Shown: positions 34,839 through 48,364 of the stretch, in pieces | Numbering within the stretch: position 1 is the first letter of the stretch | How the letters are laid out: every line of letters begins with the position of its first letter | Source of the DNA: Marsupella aquatica | Taxonomy: Eukaryota > Plantae > Marchantiophyta | DNA length: 64,000 nt | NCBI GenBank assembly: GCA_973895155.1 | Contig: OZ316899.1 | Span: 1,077,573-1,141,572 of the forward strand | Direction of reading: 5' to 3' | Made by a program: the position numbers and the translations under genes | Notes under the pieces: model-generated | Told to the model about the DNA's origin: nothing | Seen by the model: only the letters and a program-made list of their open reading frames with translations | Databases searched by the model: none

Positions 34839-37822
34839 CTAGCTTCTACTATCAACGACTACACTGTCCATCATTGCATTTTGAATGATTTGTCTTGTTT
34901 GTACAGGGAGAGTACTATTTGCCAATAACGCAAAGTTATACGCATAAACTGCAATTTCTGCTAGGGACAGTTCATCCTCCAGTACTTTGTTAGACGAAGC
35001 CTCTTTCTCCGGATAATATCTGCCTTCAATTGCAGACTCCTCTTCCAAATCTATTGCATACCAAGTGATTTTAATTTGCTCGGGGATGTCGTTAATTTTT
35101 GTGAGAATCTCAGTCACTTTTGCCATCCAGAATGGTCTTCCCTTTGGATCCTGATGGGCTGCTACACATATCATTGCAAATTTAGTATTCACCTCTAGAT
35201 CCTTGAAGTCTCCAATTTCCGTGACTTTTCTCCAACTTCCGGAATACATGACTGTCCTCACACCCGCTATTTCATCAACCAAGATAGGTTCCATTGCTGC
35301 TTCCGTAGGATTGGTCGTAGGTTCTCTCTATACATTTACCTTGGGCCAACTCCAATCAAAACTCCATTGTGCAGGTTTCAGGTGGTGCTGAATCACTTCT
35401 TTTTGTTTGTAAAAAAAATGACCCCACCATAGCCGATCTTCATCGTCAAAGTAATTGAATCCATCTTCAATTGCTCTCCAATACTTTTGAAGAGTTGAAA
35501 AATGATTTTGCACTGCCCGCTCGTCTTGTTCCTCAGTATCATTCTCTTGATCATCATTGTCTCTTGTCGCTCTCGTGGTCGACTTCAATGCCATTTGTGG
35601 TGCGACCCACATTCCAAATGAAGGAATGTACCAAACAAATTCCACGGGCTCCCCCCAATCTATTGTCGTGGAAAGATGTTTGGCATGGAAGATAGACCGA
35701 GCACTCCCATCTTCGAGTACTATGGTAATCCAAAATTGTTTCTGAGCACTTATGCCGTGGAGAGTACACAGAATTTGACCATCCATATCCTTGTCATTTG
35801 CTTGATCCTTGTCAGACACAAATTTTTGAAATTGGCAACCTCATCGACAAAAAATATTTTTTCCGTAGGATTGTAGGATTCCTCTATGATTGCGGAAAGA
35901 GTGTCCAATCGAAAAGCTTTTCGCTTGTTCAATTTTGAAGAAAACTTGCTAAACATTTGATCAATTTGGTCATGGGTGTGCCCAACCAACAGAAAACCAA
36001 CCTTTATTTTTTGGAAAACACCTATCTCCACCAACATGTTTAAATATGCCATAAAATATTTATTCTTGTTTTCCCGAGCAGTGTTATCAAGGTGGAGGTA
36101 AAGCACTGGAGGAGCGGACCTTCCCAGGTATTCAGAATATGCTGAATAACATGGATGGTCAGGTTGCTATCATTGTGAATATTTGGATAGTTCAAAAAAA
36201 CATTTGAACTCAATTGTTTGTTGAAGATCAAACAACCCACTACGTGTACAGGGATGAAATACTTCTCATCCGTATTCTTCGGACACCAAATGAAATGAGA
36301 TAACTCTGTCTGCTTTTGATCCATTCCATCAATACACATGCCCAAATATTTCTCTGGACTCTTGTAACATTTGCTCTGGTGCTTTGCTAACTTATCCCTC
36401 TCCACTGCTTGTGCCTTCCGATGCTCGTTTAGCAATGTTGAGAATTTTCCTAGAATAATAAAAATGTTTAGAACTTTGCTGGCCTGACAGCGATAAATTT
36501 ATCGGGTTCAGTATTCAAACACTTGATTCGATAACCGTAATGTTAAACCGTGACAACGATAAATTTATCGGGATAAGTATTCAAACAATATATTCACACA
36601 TTACCAAAGAAGAAGCATGGGAATACTCAACCCGATAAAATTATCGGGGATAAGTATTCAAACTGTTCAAATGATATATTCACACACATTACCAAAGAAG
36701 AAGCATGGGAATACTCAACCCGATAAAATTATCGGGGATAAGTATTCAAACTGTTCAAATGATATATTCAAACACATTACCAAAGAAGAAGCATGGGAAT
36801 ACTCAACCCGATAAAATTATCGGGAGTAACACACGGGTTTAGAAACTTACTCTTTTTTGCTTCAACTGTTGCCTTATCACGAAGTGCTTTGAATTCAGTA
36901 CACGGGGCGTAGGTGGAGAAACGACTCCTTTTGGGGATGCGCACGTTAGGAAACTCCTTGTTCCAAATGCAAACAAACCACGAATATGTCACGCCTTGTT
37001 CTTGGCGCATTAGAGTTTTAGAGTGGAAGGCATCAAAACTTCTGTTTTTGTCCAATTGTCAGGTAAATGAAAGATATCCTTGTTGGGGAGACTCTCTACA
37101 TTTGTGGTAAAAAAATCATCCAGCCACTGAACAAGACCAAGATGTGCGGTCAATTTTTCTCTACAAAATGTATCGATCTGTATCCGAGAAAACATGTTCT
37201 TCAAGATTTTTTGGAGACAATTATTTCCTAGGGAAAATAATTTCTTAAAACCACTCCGACAAAAGGATCTACCGCTAACTGAGTAACCACTTGCACCGGC
37301 ATGCCCACCCTTCACACATCCTCTTAGAAGTACGTTCTTCTCTTGGTAGGATAGCCCATAGTAATATGTGCGTTGTTTTGTCACATCCTGTAGACCCAAA
37401 TTCCTCAGACAAAAATTATCACAACATGGATACTTATAAATTTCTTTCATTTTGTTTCTATTCAATTTATCATTTATCACATTGTCTTTCCTAGTAATCC
37501 GGTCTCTATCTTTTTTACTAGGCTCATTTGACTTCTCTATAGACTGAAATCCGATGAGAACATTGGCATTTTCCTCTCCTTTAGGTACCTTGCGAATAGA
37601 TGCATCACTCTCTGTTGAGCTACCATCCTCCACAGATCTCCTCGACGCATTTAGAGGGGCACTAAAAAGGTGACTAAAACTATTCCCTTCTACAGCTCCT
37701 TCTAAACATTCAGACACAACTTGTGCTATGATATCAGATTCTCTATCTCCTTCCTGATCTTTGTCCTCTGATCCACTTGACTCATCTAAAAACACAATTG
37801 GACTCCGTGGCTGTCTATACAT
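34839..37822 (-). pseudogene. Sola-like DDD transposase (DUF7869-type), 2 exons, 3 frameshifts and 1 stop; C-terminal BAH/Tudor-like beta domain
   Basis: PCCDNFC, IW..EFP.V.IPK..RFS, CIDGMDQ, LYLHLDNTARENKN, LLVGHTHDQIDQMFS motifs. Phase-1 intron ~36451-36850. Frameshifts near 37035, 36107, 35812; TAG at 35328. Confidence 0.75.
36557..36824. repeat. ~88-bp tandem repeat x3 in the transposase intron, each unit with CGATAAAATTATCG
   Basis: Motif at 36557, 36633, 36721, 36809. Confidence 0.9.
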
Positions 37823-38830
37823 AACCCAAACGCCACCATCACAAAACTGAAATTTTGTTTGTTTTGTATCTATTGGACATAAGAGTGATTGCTACAAATG
37901 GCTATGTCCAATTTATGTTTTATGCATGACACCATGCCATCTTAATATACTATAACAAATTCATCTATTTTATATCCGTATGATGTCTATGCAATGCTGA
38001 AAGTTTATTTAATTACATTATGAAACATATATACTTTTGATGTAGATTTGCTATTGACATTTTAATTTATTTGATATAAACCTTATGTTCCATCTATAAT
38101 TGGTGTGTAAACTACACATATATAACTATCATAAATTTTCGACCAAATAAGCTTAAAAAACTTTTGAATTCAAAAACTTTGGAGGAAATATTTAACCAAA
38201 ATAAGCAGTGAAAGATTTCCACAAAATTTTCATAGATATTAAAGTAAGGAGAAAGGGAAAACTTTATTTCAATAAACTTTGTTCCTCTAAACTACATAGT
38301 ATTTCGTAGAGTAGTGCTTTGTCAGCCAGTTTTGTTTGACTGTTTCTAGAGATAACCTAATTCCATTAAAGTGTCAACATGTGAGATACCACAGCCGGTT
38401 GGAGACATTCACCGGTGGTAACCTTTGAAAGACCTCATTGCCAGAACATATTTGCAACTAACTACCCTTTTGCTCAGTCTGAAGACAAAAAATTGTCAGC
38501 TGGTACATGCCGCTCCACAGAAACCTCAACATGAGCATATTCATCTATTCGAAGGCCAACAGCAAAAGCTGCTGCACGGCTCTTTCCTATCTCTTGCACA
38601 GAAAGAGGACTGGCCTTGAGTTGCTTCTTGATGCTAACTCCATCCTGTGAACCCAACAATTATGTGAGAAAAGCAAATCACACATGAAGACTCAATTACC
38701 TCTCCTGTCAAATGAATCCAGATCAAAAATTATCAACAGCATACACCTGGCAGGCTGACTCAAAACACAAATAAACAGAAGCGATATATAAAGGCTACAA
38801 GATATAGTACCTGCATTGCATGGTCCACCA

Positions 38831-41800
38831 TTAAAGTTTGAATCTGTTTTCAAAATATGTGCCAACTTGAGCAAATTTAGGGACACAATGAATCACTTTA
38901 GCAATGTTTGCTACCTCCACAACAATATAAGGCACTTTGGATCTTTTGTAAAGTGCTTTTCTGCTTGTAGAGGCTGTTGTGTCTTCATCAACCCACTGGA
39001 GCTTTGTGCAGTGCAATAACTTCCAATCTCCATCCCGTGGCAGCTTTTCCATCATTCTAACAAATGCTAGATGCTTCATGATCTTCTTGCCACCCTCATC
39101 AATGACTTCACAAGAAATCAGCAACCTCAGTTGACCATAAGATGTTACAGGATCAAAGCCAACTTCTTCCATCTGAAGAGAGACGAATCCAAACCATTCT
39201 TTACCATGGAAACTTCTGCAGGCACGGGTGTACATTGGCCAATCTCCAAATCGAATGCCTTCCCCAGCAGGCACTGCTAAGCTTTTCCAAATTTGTATTA
39301 TCTCAGGAACTGCACAGTTCTCATCATTCAAGTGCATAACAAAGGCTTCTCTCAGGTGCAGTTGTATTTCTGGTTGACACTGAAATAGTTCACTCACTTC
39401 CACAGGCACAAAGTCATTGTTACTTGCATCAAGCCAACTCAATGTCAACCTTATATCCTTTCCAGATAGGGTGATCTGTCCTGTCAATACAGCCTGCACA
39501 TATCAAATCATAAAGCACATGCATAAGTGCCTACAAGACATCCTTTGTAAAGTGACATGTGTTGCTACACAGAAAGTACAAACTGAAAGTGTAGCAGAAG
39601 TGGGAGGGAGGTAAGGGGAATAGTACTCGGTCCAGTGCAGTAACATCTTCTGCATGCACTCTTAAGTCTTCTTGATAGCTCGCTTCGTCTAGTAAAATTC
39701 TAGTCCTCTGGCTATGCCTTGCTATTTGCCCCATGAAATTCCTCTTGTTGCTATGTCTGTATGGAACCTTCATGAGGGCAATGTGAAGATGTTCGAATAT
39801 ACCTGTGTCATATTCTAAAGGCAACCCACATCGTTTGATACAATCTTTCAGGTGACTCATGGCATGGACTTTTACAATGTTGAAACTTGACTTATGCCAA
39901 GTTTTAGCGTGTTTTATCATCGATCCTACTGCTTTTTTCATTAACTGATCCATTTGATTCAAGGACCTCTCAGAATGTTGTTTACTCTGGAATGCTAGCA
40001 AATACCAATCTATGAAGTCCACAAAAACCTCAATGAGCGGATTTGGAATGACGCCAAGCAAACAAAATACCACAACCTGCATAACAAATTTATGCTCAAA
40101 TCCATGAAAGTTAGCATTGCTTTGAAAGTAACCACTTTGGTTACTCCCAGGCAATCTAAAGGAAGCATAACGACATTCCTTGTGTATTTTCTGGAGTCTT
40201 CTATCAAGTTCTTGCATAGGTTTTTTCACAAGGCTCTGGGAAGCAGCAGCCGATCTCACAATGCCCACTAGAGTCTTAAATACACCTAGTATGGACTGAT
40301 GAAGACCGTCTAATTGTATGCATCGATAGGGATTTCCATACAGCAAATCACCTCCACAAAATCCCCATAGAGCACACTGCAAGACATCACAAGAAAAAAA
40401 ATCACTCACAGTTGACAAAGAGAAGAATAACTGAACTCATTCAAAACTCCCTTTGCACAATCAATGCTCATCTCAGTAAGAAGTGCTTACCTGTACTGGA
40501 TAAATTGACTGCTCCTTAGACATCTGTTTTTGATCTTGCACAGAAGACTGCCGCATCTCTTCTAAGATTGCTTCCATTCCCTTCTCATCCCTATAAGAAA
40601 ATCTTCTTGCAACATTGCTGAGGGATTCTTTTGGACAAAAACAACAACTGCATGGATAATTTGACTTGTTTGTATCAAATGTGCATGTGATTCTACTCCC
40701 CTCTGTCTGGTCACAGATATACAGACATAGTCTTGGAAAGACCCACTGGGATTGACCAAATGGGTCTTTCATGTGAACTCCTGTATAACTTGCAGCCTTC
40801 AATGGTGCCAAAACAATCTCCTCACATTTGTGAAACAGTTCCAATTTGGCTGTACTAGGAACCTCTGTCTCCAATATACCTACAGCAAAAGAAATTAGTG
40901 TAAGTATTTTGAAATGAATATAAGTTGTAAGTGTTGGACTTTTTAACATCCTGGGAATATCTACACAGACAAAGAGCAGTCAAATTCAACTGGAGGGGAG
41001 TAATTGCAGTTTAAATCTCACCTGGATCATTCGGACCAATAACAGGAAGAATAGCCAGCAAAGCGTGACCTTCTGGCAAACTTCTAAGACTGCAATTAAT
41101 ATTGCCAATTGTCATGACTAAAGGCCAACCCTGAGTTCTCTTGTTGTGAGACAAGGCAGTCTGATCAGAGTACAAAATGATGGGTGCAATCACTCCTCCT
41201 TTGCAAGTAGATTCAACGTCTTGCTCCATTTCCCTCCACCACTCAGCGGATTGCAAAGTAGTGTATAATCTCTCACTGCCCTCTATAGCAACTGAAGAGT
41301 GAAGTGCAAACTCTTCTTTATTTTTAGGAGAAGAAAATAGATCTTCCAAAACACGTAATGGATCACGATGCAACAAATGAACTGGAGCACTTTCAGTCTC
41401 CTCGCGGACTTCAACCTTTTCCCAATTTTGGTCACCCCTCTCACTTGTTAAACTTTCCTCATATTTACAAACCTCAGCAGCAGTATGAACCTGGACTTTT
41501 TTGGTATCGAATTGAGGGTGGTGCAGTAGCCGAAATAATCTGTTCATATCTTTGTGAGATAATCCTCCTCCATTGTGGCATTGTCTCATAAAGAAGACAA
41601 GTTGAAAAGTAGCATCAATTTTTTTATTACAGTGGGCAGGAGATGTGAATTCATTCTCAAACAGGTCCATGAATTCCTCAGAGGACTGCTCTCCAACTGT
41701 CTCAACATTGGCCTGTATAGATTCCGGTATACATGTGTTCCCAACGTTTACACTCGTACGAAACCCTTCATGCTCTGCCTCCATCACATGATCAGTCTGT

Positions 41801-41925
41801 TTAGCCCTTTGCACAGCTCTCTGTTTTGCTAAGCAAAGTCCATTTCGTCCTTGGTGGGTCCGCAAAGCTGTATAATCCAGAAATCCCAAAGCTCCACAAA
41901 AATTACACTTAAAGTTTGAAGCCAT
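38831..41925 (-). CDS. Plavaka-type (CACTA/CMC-related) transposase with N-terminal C2H2 finger, 4 exons, apparently intact (~900 aa)
   Basis: CNFC...LRTHQ finger; APIILYSDQT, WPLVMTIGNI, LYICDQTEG, CSCCFC, LDGLHQSILGVFK, FNIVKVHAMSH, EYDTGIFEHLH motifs. GT-AG introns 40880-41021, 40377-40490 and ~39497-39626 all keep the frame. Confidence 0.85.
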
Positions 41926-44519
41926 CAAAAATCCTGTTGTCCCTACACAGTATAAAATCAATACAGTGTATTAAAACCACTACTCGACACATCGTTACTT
42001 ATTGTTCATTACATTCATTTGAAGCTCATAAAATATTCATGGCTCTCTTTCACCAAGACTTCCTTTTTCTAAATTTCTTCTGACCTTCCACTATTCAGTA
42101 ACTACTTTTGTTGAACTGAGAAACTGCTGCTGTTGAACTGAATACAAAATTGGAAATGTTTCAATGAATTACTTAGGGAGTCACCTTAAGTCACCTGATG
42201 ATGCACCTAAGTCCGCGATGTGACTAATTATAGACCAATCCTTTGGTTGCACTAATAAATCACATCACATACCCACCTTCTGATGTCCGCCTCTGCAGAA
42301 AAAGCAACGTCTATCTATCACTAATTGAACAGTGTCATACATTGCACGGAAGAAAATTGGCCATCGGTATCATGCATGAGTGTTGTTCTCGCTGTTGTGT
42401 TGATGTAGTAGCGTTACTTCTCGCTGTGCTCACTCTTTGGAAGCGCTTGTTGGATTAGTCAATTTGTTCGCACCTACAGTAGGACGCATAGTTATGTGCA
42501 GTAGCATTGGTGCAGTAGCGGTGTCTCTCGTTGAGTATGCAGTAGCGTTACCTGTCGTTGTGCTCACTATTTAGGAGCCCTCGTTTCATTCGTCAATTCG
42601 TTCACAACTGCAGGTTGTTAAAGCTCCACGCAATTTGAGCTCTATTAAACACTCTGTCTCGTTCTCAAGTCGTTCGCAACCAGGTCAAAGCATTTTTGCA
42701 AGCTCCCAAAAATAAATCTTAGCTACACGACTACACGCTCTCTCATTTTGTTCGCTACTACATCTAATTGAAGCATTCTATCAAGGTGAAGCACATAAAT
42801 CTTAGCTTTACGACCTCTGAGTCTGTGCAACGCGATTTTCGAGCATTAAGTGATTTCTGAATTTGAATTACTAAAATTTCTAGAATGATGGCTCTGTAGT
42901 GCAGTGGAACGTTTCTGCGACAATCGGAACTCCCGGCTATCATGGCAATTGAAAAAGGTAAGAATCTCGCCCGATTTCTTCCCTATCCCGTGTGATTTCT
43001 CCCTGCGGACGGACGGACAACGATTTTGCTAGGGAGAGCCCTGACTTCACTTGGGAATGAACATTCTGAAAGTGAGGATATTCACCTACTACATTCCGTG
43101 ATTCATAGCTGAACAGGACTGAACGATGGCTGCAATCTTCTCTAGCTCTTACAGCAATGAGCTGGCGTGTGAAGTTGACAATCCACCTGCACTAGAGGTT
43201 CGTTGTCATTCAAAGCGGCCTGGTTCAATCTCTATGCATTCAATTCGATGACCACTCTGAGATAAATACTACAGAGAGTCCGTGCTCATCCTGAAAATGC
43301 CAACAATTTATGTTTTTGCAAATTGATTCGGTCGTATGGTCACCAAAAACGATCCGTCCACTCTATGGTTGTTGGAAGTCAGACTTGCCGATGGTGTAAC
43401 TGGCCCTTTATTTGACCTTCGTTCAAATGTTCCTTCTCGTCTTGAAGTCAAGATCTCCGACCATGACTGTTGTCCGCAAGCCCCTGTCAGAGGCATCTAC
43501 AGACTTGGCACATGTAGGCTAAAATAAGCTTGTTATGAAATCTGGTTTCTCCTCTGATATGGTGAATGTTAGCTCATGATAGATTCTCACCGTCTATCGC
43601 TGTCAAACTACGCTAGCTACCGTGGTTGTAACCTATGAACTTTAAGTCGTCTTGTGTCCTCAAAGTATATGTTGCTCATCGACTTGAGACAGAGACTAGA
43701 AAGCACCCCTTCAATCAACGCCCGATGCCTTGACAATTGCATACACACCGACTGAGTATGCAACGCAAGGATTAACCGGTCCCCTCCCCTCCCCTCCCCT
43801 CCAATTTCATTCATCGGGAATCATCGGCCGCAGCAGCTGGAGCAACAATACTGGCAAGAAGGGACCCTATCGCTTACGCAACCTTCCCACAAGAGAATTA
43901 AAGAAAGCAAATTAGCCGACCATTCAGATTCAAGGGAGGCACAACGACATGATAAGCCTGTCATCTCAGTCAGACAAGTCAAGCAAAGAAGAACCTCATT
44001 GGCCGGGACGTACCTCACAAACCAAATTACAGGACCCGTGAATCCGCAAGGCCGTCCCCATGCACCCACCCTAAATTTCTCCCTACCGTATAATTATACA
44101 ATCATATCCTCCCTTCTGTCCTCCGTCCTCAAAATTCAACCCCGCAGCAGCTTACAGTAGCATCAAGTTACCTGCAATGAAGACCTAAATATCTAACAAT
44201 CAATTAGATGTCTCCCGGAAAATCAAAGCAGAGCAATCAATCAAAATCCTCCAAGAAAATTGAAAGAGAGCGCTCAAATCCAAAACTATGATATGCCCCC
44301 CTTGGAAAGTCTCTATCGCTCACTGTTCATACGACCGACAACCTAGCGATAACAATACGTGTCACAGATATATTATTTTCTAAGCTACATTACAGCCTGT
44401 GTTCTCCAAGTTCTCCAAGTGGCCGAAGTGGTGGTCGAAGTAGTCAAAGTAGTTGAACTCCTCGTCCTCTCTACCCCGCCCTTCCTCCTTCCCTTCCTCG
44501 TCGTCGTCTTTGTACTAGT

Positions 44520-44890
44520 ACTGAGGGCACAGAGGAGACCGAAATTATCTGGCAATACTTGTAATGCTTCGCAGCGATTCAAATGGAGGTCTTGCAGGGT
44601 AGAGAGAAGACCAAAGCTCTCAGGCAATCTTTTGAGCCGTCGACACTCTAGCACCAAACGTGTGAGTGAAGGTAACTTTCCAAAGTCATCGGGCAGCACT
44701 TGTAGCTTATCGGCACCATATATTCTCAACGTCGTCAGAGCCTTAAATTGGCCAAACTTTCCCGACAGTGTCTTTAGTTCTGTGCAGAAATCCAGCACAA
44801 GTTCTTCCAAGGACCAAAGAAGGCCAAAACATGCAAGCGCCGCTTCTAGACTCGTGCAGCTATTTAAGAGTAAGAAGATTCTGTAAACGA
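44520..44890 (-). pseudogene. Plant NLR-type leucine-rich-repeat fragment
   Basis: Four to five ~24-aa repeats: LEELVLDFCTELKTLSGKFGQF, LTTLRIYGADKLQVLPDDFGKL, LTRLVLECRRLKRLPESFGLL, LQDLHLNRCEALQVLPDNFGLL. No NB-ARC seen. Confidence 0.8.
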
Positions 44891-45299
44891 CGTCTCCTTC
44901 TTCAAAATCCTGAAAGCTGCTGCATCTTTAAATGGTCTTTGATCTTTGCAAGTCCCAGGATGTGCCTCCCACTTGAAAGGAATTGCAGCGCGGGGCTGGT
45001 GTTGCTTGAAGATGGTGAACAAATCATCATCCGCGAACCATGATAAGTTGCTGCTGCACAAGTTCTAAACTCACCGGCTCGTCCATTTTGACACTGCTCC
45101 TCCTTGTGCTGCATTTTTCCTTCCTCATCCTCGCAGCTTCTCCTCCTCCTCCTCCTCCTCCAGCCGACTTCCTCTCCACGTTGCCGTCGTCGTGCGGCCC
45201 TCAACTCCAATTCCCCTAAACTCCTTGCTTCGCCCCTTCCTCCTCCTCCCCCTCCCCCTCCTCCGACAAAGAGTGCAGCCCCGTCGGCCGCCCCCGACG

Positions 45300-45455
45300 G
45301 GCGTCTTGACATCTGGAAGGGCCATCTCGGGCATGAGCGACGAACTGCAGTCTTGACGTCCGGAAGGGCCGTCTTGACGTCCAGACGCTTGAAAATCAAC
45401 TTGTCGTCTTGACGTCCGGAAGGGCCGTCTTGACGTCCGGAAGAGCCTCTTTGAC
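45300..45455. repeat. 21-bp tandem/dispersed repeat GTCTTGACGTCCGGAAGGGCC
   Basis: About 5 copies between 45301 and 45455. Confidence 0.75.
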
Positions 45456-47168
45456 GTGCAAAAAGAGTGCAGGGAATAAATCTGCTTGTATAACACGTAG
45501 AGCATACTTTTAGATTTTCTACCTCCCGGTCAAGTGTTTTGAGCTCAAAATTGGTCCTTCGAGGGTCCTTGAAAGATTTTGATGCCAAAACGCTCTTGCA
45601 CAAATAGGCGAATGTGACAGTAGCAATCAGTGACAGTAGCTCGCTATTCGCTTTGAATTGTTTGCATGGCTAGATGGACAGTGGAATGCATGAGGGTTTT
45701 CATGCGGGAAGATGCGCTGAGACAGAGTAGATTACATTGTACGTGTGCTCTAAATGCGGGGGCAAATTGGACCACTCAAGATTCATTTAGAGTAGATCTC
45801 TTTGTCCGGTTGAAGAATCAGTCCGACGCCAATCTGTTTGTGTTCGGTGTCAAAAATGAATTCAAGGGTCCATCCAGGCAGGCAGAAGCTATTATTGCAA
45901 TGAACATCGGACTGCGTGGAGTTAGATTGTTGGAATGTTAGATTGTTCCTACTGTGGTTGCTCTGGCCGGGTGTATTCCAACTTGTGCGGCACACAAACC
46001 CTAAACCTTTGAGCAACTGGCACAAAACTGTTTTTGAGTATGGACGGTCTCAACTTGTATTCTAAGATTCTAAAGATCCTGGATGTCCTTCCCCTTTGTC
46101 CATCATGTCAATGTAATTTTTACACGCTGAGCATCTCCCATGATATTCCGAATTGCTCTTCCTGCATGCCTGATGCATGTGTCAATCTAGTGCCTGTTAA
46201 ACTTCTAATTAAAAAAAGTCTACAATAGTTGGTGGGCAAGATATTTAAGTTCACGCTAACCCGATTTTGCTTTGGCATGCAGGCATGACGGGGAAAGCTG
46301 ACATTGAAGGATCTGAAAAGCTGATGCACGTGTCCATTTAAAATAGTCCTATATTTTGCCTGCCCTACTATAGTGTCTACCCAGGAAAAACTTGAACGAT
46401 CCAGCAAGTGAACTGGAAATGATGCATTGGTATTGTTTTATATGATGCCCACCAGGCGACAGCTAGCCTGTGTGGGAGTTGAGAGTTTGACTGAAATCAG
46501 AATTCAGAAAAGAGAGGCTGCTGTCATCTATCCACGGTCGTGTAATAGTGAGAGGGAAGGCTATGAGGAGTGGACTGAGGATTTTGTACAGACAACCAGA
46601 GAATTGGGGGCATTCACCGAGCAACAAAAGGTTTAGCATGCAGGTATAAGCAAGAGCGAGAGAGGGGCATTTCATTTTGGCAGTGGAACCTGAAAAGATT
46701 CACTGTTAATTTTCACTCTACATGGACGTCTACAAAAGGAGATCAAAGACTGTGTTCATTTTCATAGTGATGGCACCAATGATGATGAGACTGGTAACTT
46801 GCCACAATCTTCTACAGCAATCTCAAATGGAGATCCGCACCGCAGAGAAAGATCCAGCATGCAATCTATTCTTTGCGGGACCTTTACTGCAAGGAATCAT
46901 TTTGCAAAGTGAAGGAGATAGATATAGTAGGTTCAGACCATATTGACCTTTATTTGATTTTCTGGATTTGCAACAGAGAATAACAACTAAAAAGAAAATG
47001 ACAGGTACGCAGAGTTTATCTGGTTTGTAACAGTAAGTAGATACAACTAAAGTAGGTCCACTATCTACTCGCAAATTATAGCTATCAACTGACTAGTTGT
47101 AAATTGTTGGCCTATTTTATTTTTCAGAAAAGCAACTTGTCAGGTTCATACATCAGCTTCTTGTCATA

Positions 47169-48364
47169 CTAAGCGTCAGGACACTTAATTGCTATGCGCT
47201 TCATATATGGCTCCCACTCAACAATTTTCTGCGACATTTCCTCCAACTCGCCTGCCAGAGTAAGTCTTTCGTTGCCCTGTAGATTCCGGTCCTCCATAGC
47301 CAAAGTCAGCACATAAAATATGAAAGCAGCCAGATCAAGAGACAGTGAAATTATGTCAGACGGGATATAGTGAACTCCGAAGATTGCCTTGGAAATGGCA
47401 GCATGCACTGCTAAAGAACCCCAAGGGTCCCATATTCCATCTGACTCAGAGGTTCTCCATGCGTCATTGTACGTGTGGACCTGTAGTTCTTTTATGAAAT
47501 ATTCTTTCTCCTGTAAAGTTGATCCTCTGTGATACTTCTTGACTCCCAATTGTTGCTACAGCTCATCTCTGAGACTCTGCAAAATAAAATAGTACTAGAA
47601 TTTTAGAACAATTATACAACATAAGGAGAGTGAATAGTATTTTACTTCTGATCTTGTTGAAGGCTTACCTTTGTGAGCGATCCTTTTCTCCTCCTCATTG
47701 CATCTTTCATGATTGCTTTGAAATTTGGTTGGCTGGTATTGTTGTTCCAGGCTCTAACAAATTCATCATGAGATTTCTTGTCTTCAATAGAAATTCCAAA
47801 TTCATGCAGCAATGCTTCTTGCTGAATATCCTCTGTAGGATAGAGTAGCTCTTTCTCCAAGAGCAGGTGGCTGACAACAGAGTTCGAAATTCTCTTCAAA
47901 ATTCTTGGGTTACAGTGAGCAGGCGGTTCTTCGCTATTCTTCAATGCACTTTGATTTGCTTTGAGTAAAAACTGAATAGTCTCTTGTGCTTGCTTGATCT
48001 CTCCCCTCAAAAGTTGAAGTTGTATCCGCTCGCCAGCATTTACCAATGACTTATGCCGTGTAACCTCCATGTGTGGAATCTCTGCATGCGCAGTGCTTGC
48101 CTCGGGCACCTGATCTGCTAGAAAAGTGCGTGGATTCCCAGAAGATGGCAATGTTGTTTGAAATGGCACCTGACCCTTTGAACAAGCACGTGCATCTCCA
48201 GAAGAATGTAACGGTGGGCTAGGGGAGCCCTCAGGATTTGTACTCTCAAGGGACCCTCGCTGACAGGAACTAGTTTGAGAGTTTCTAACAGTATTGACAA
48301 AAGTATCTCTCCCTAACTTTTTGCCACTATGAACAGTGTCTTGACTGAAGCTACGTTTCCTCAT
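47169..48364 (-). pseudogene. Two-exon gene of unknown function (coiled coil plus helical domain), one in-frame TAG
   Basis: Phase-0 intron 47577-47668 (GTAAG...TTTGCAG) joins ...KGSLTK to SLRDEL*QQLGVKK. Confidence 0.5.

Noticed and set aside
38311-42901. CACTA-type ends around the Plavaka gene (GTAGTG 38311-38316, CTGTAGTG 42894-42901, CAGTAGCG repeats 42400-42550)
   Set aside because: Both short motifs are in right-end orientation. No matching left CACTA end or TSD was found, and 5-8 bp matches are expected by chance.
44902-45603. Long ORFs on both strands with poly-Gly/Pro/Arg/Glu
   Set aside because: They are explained by CCT/CTC microsatellites and the 21-bp repeat, with no domain signal.
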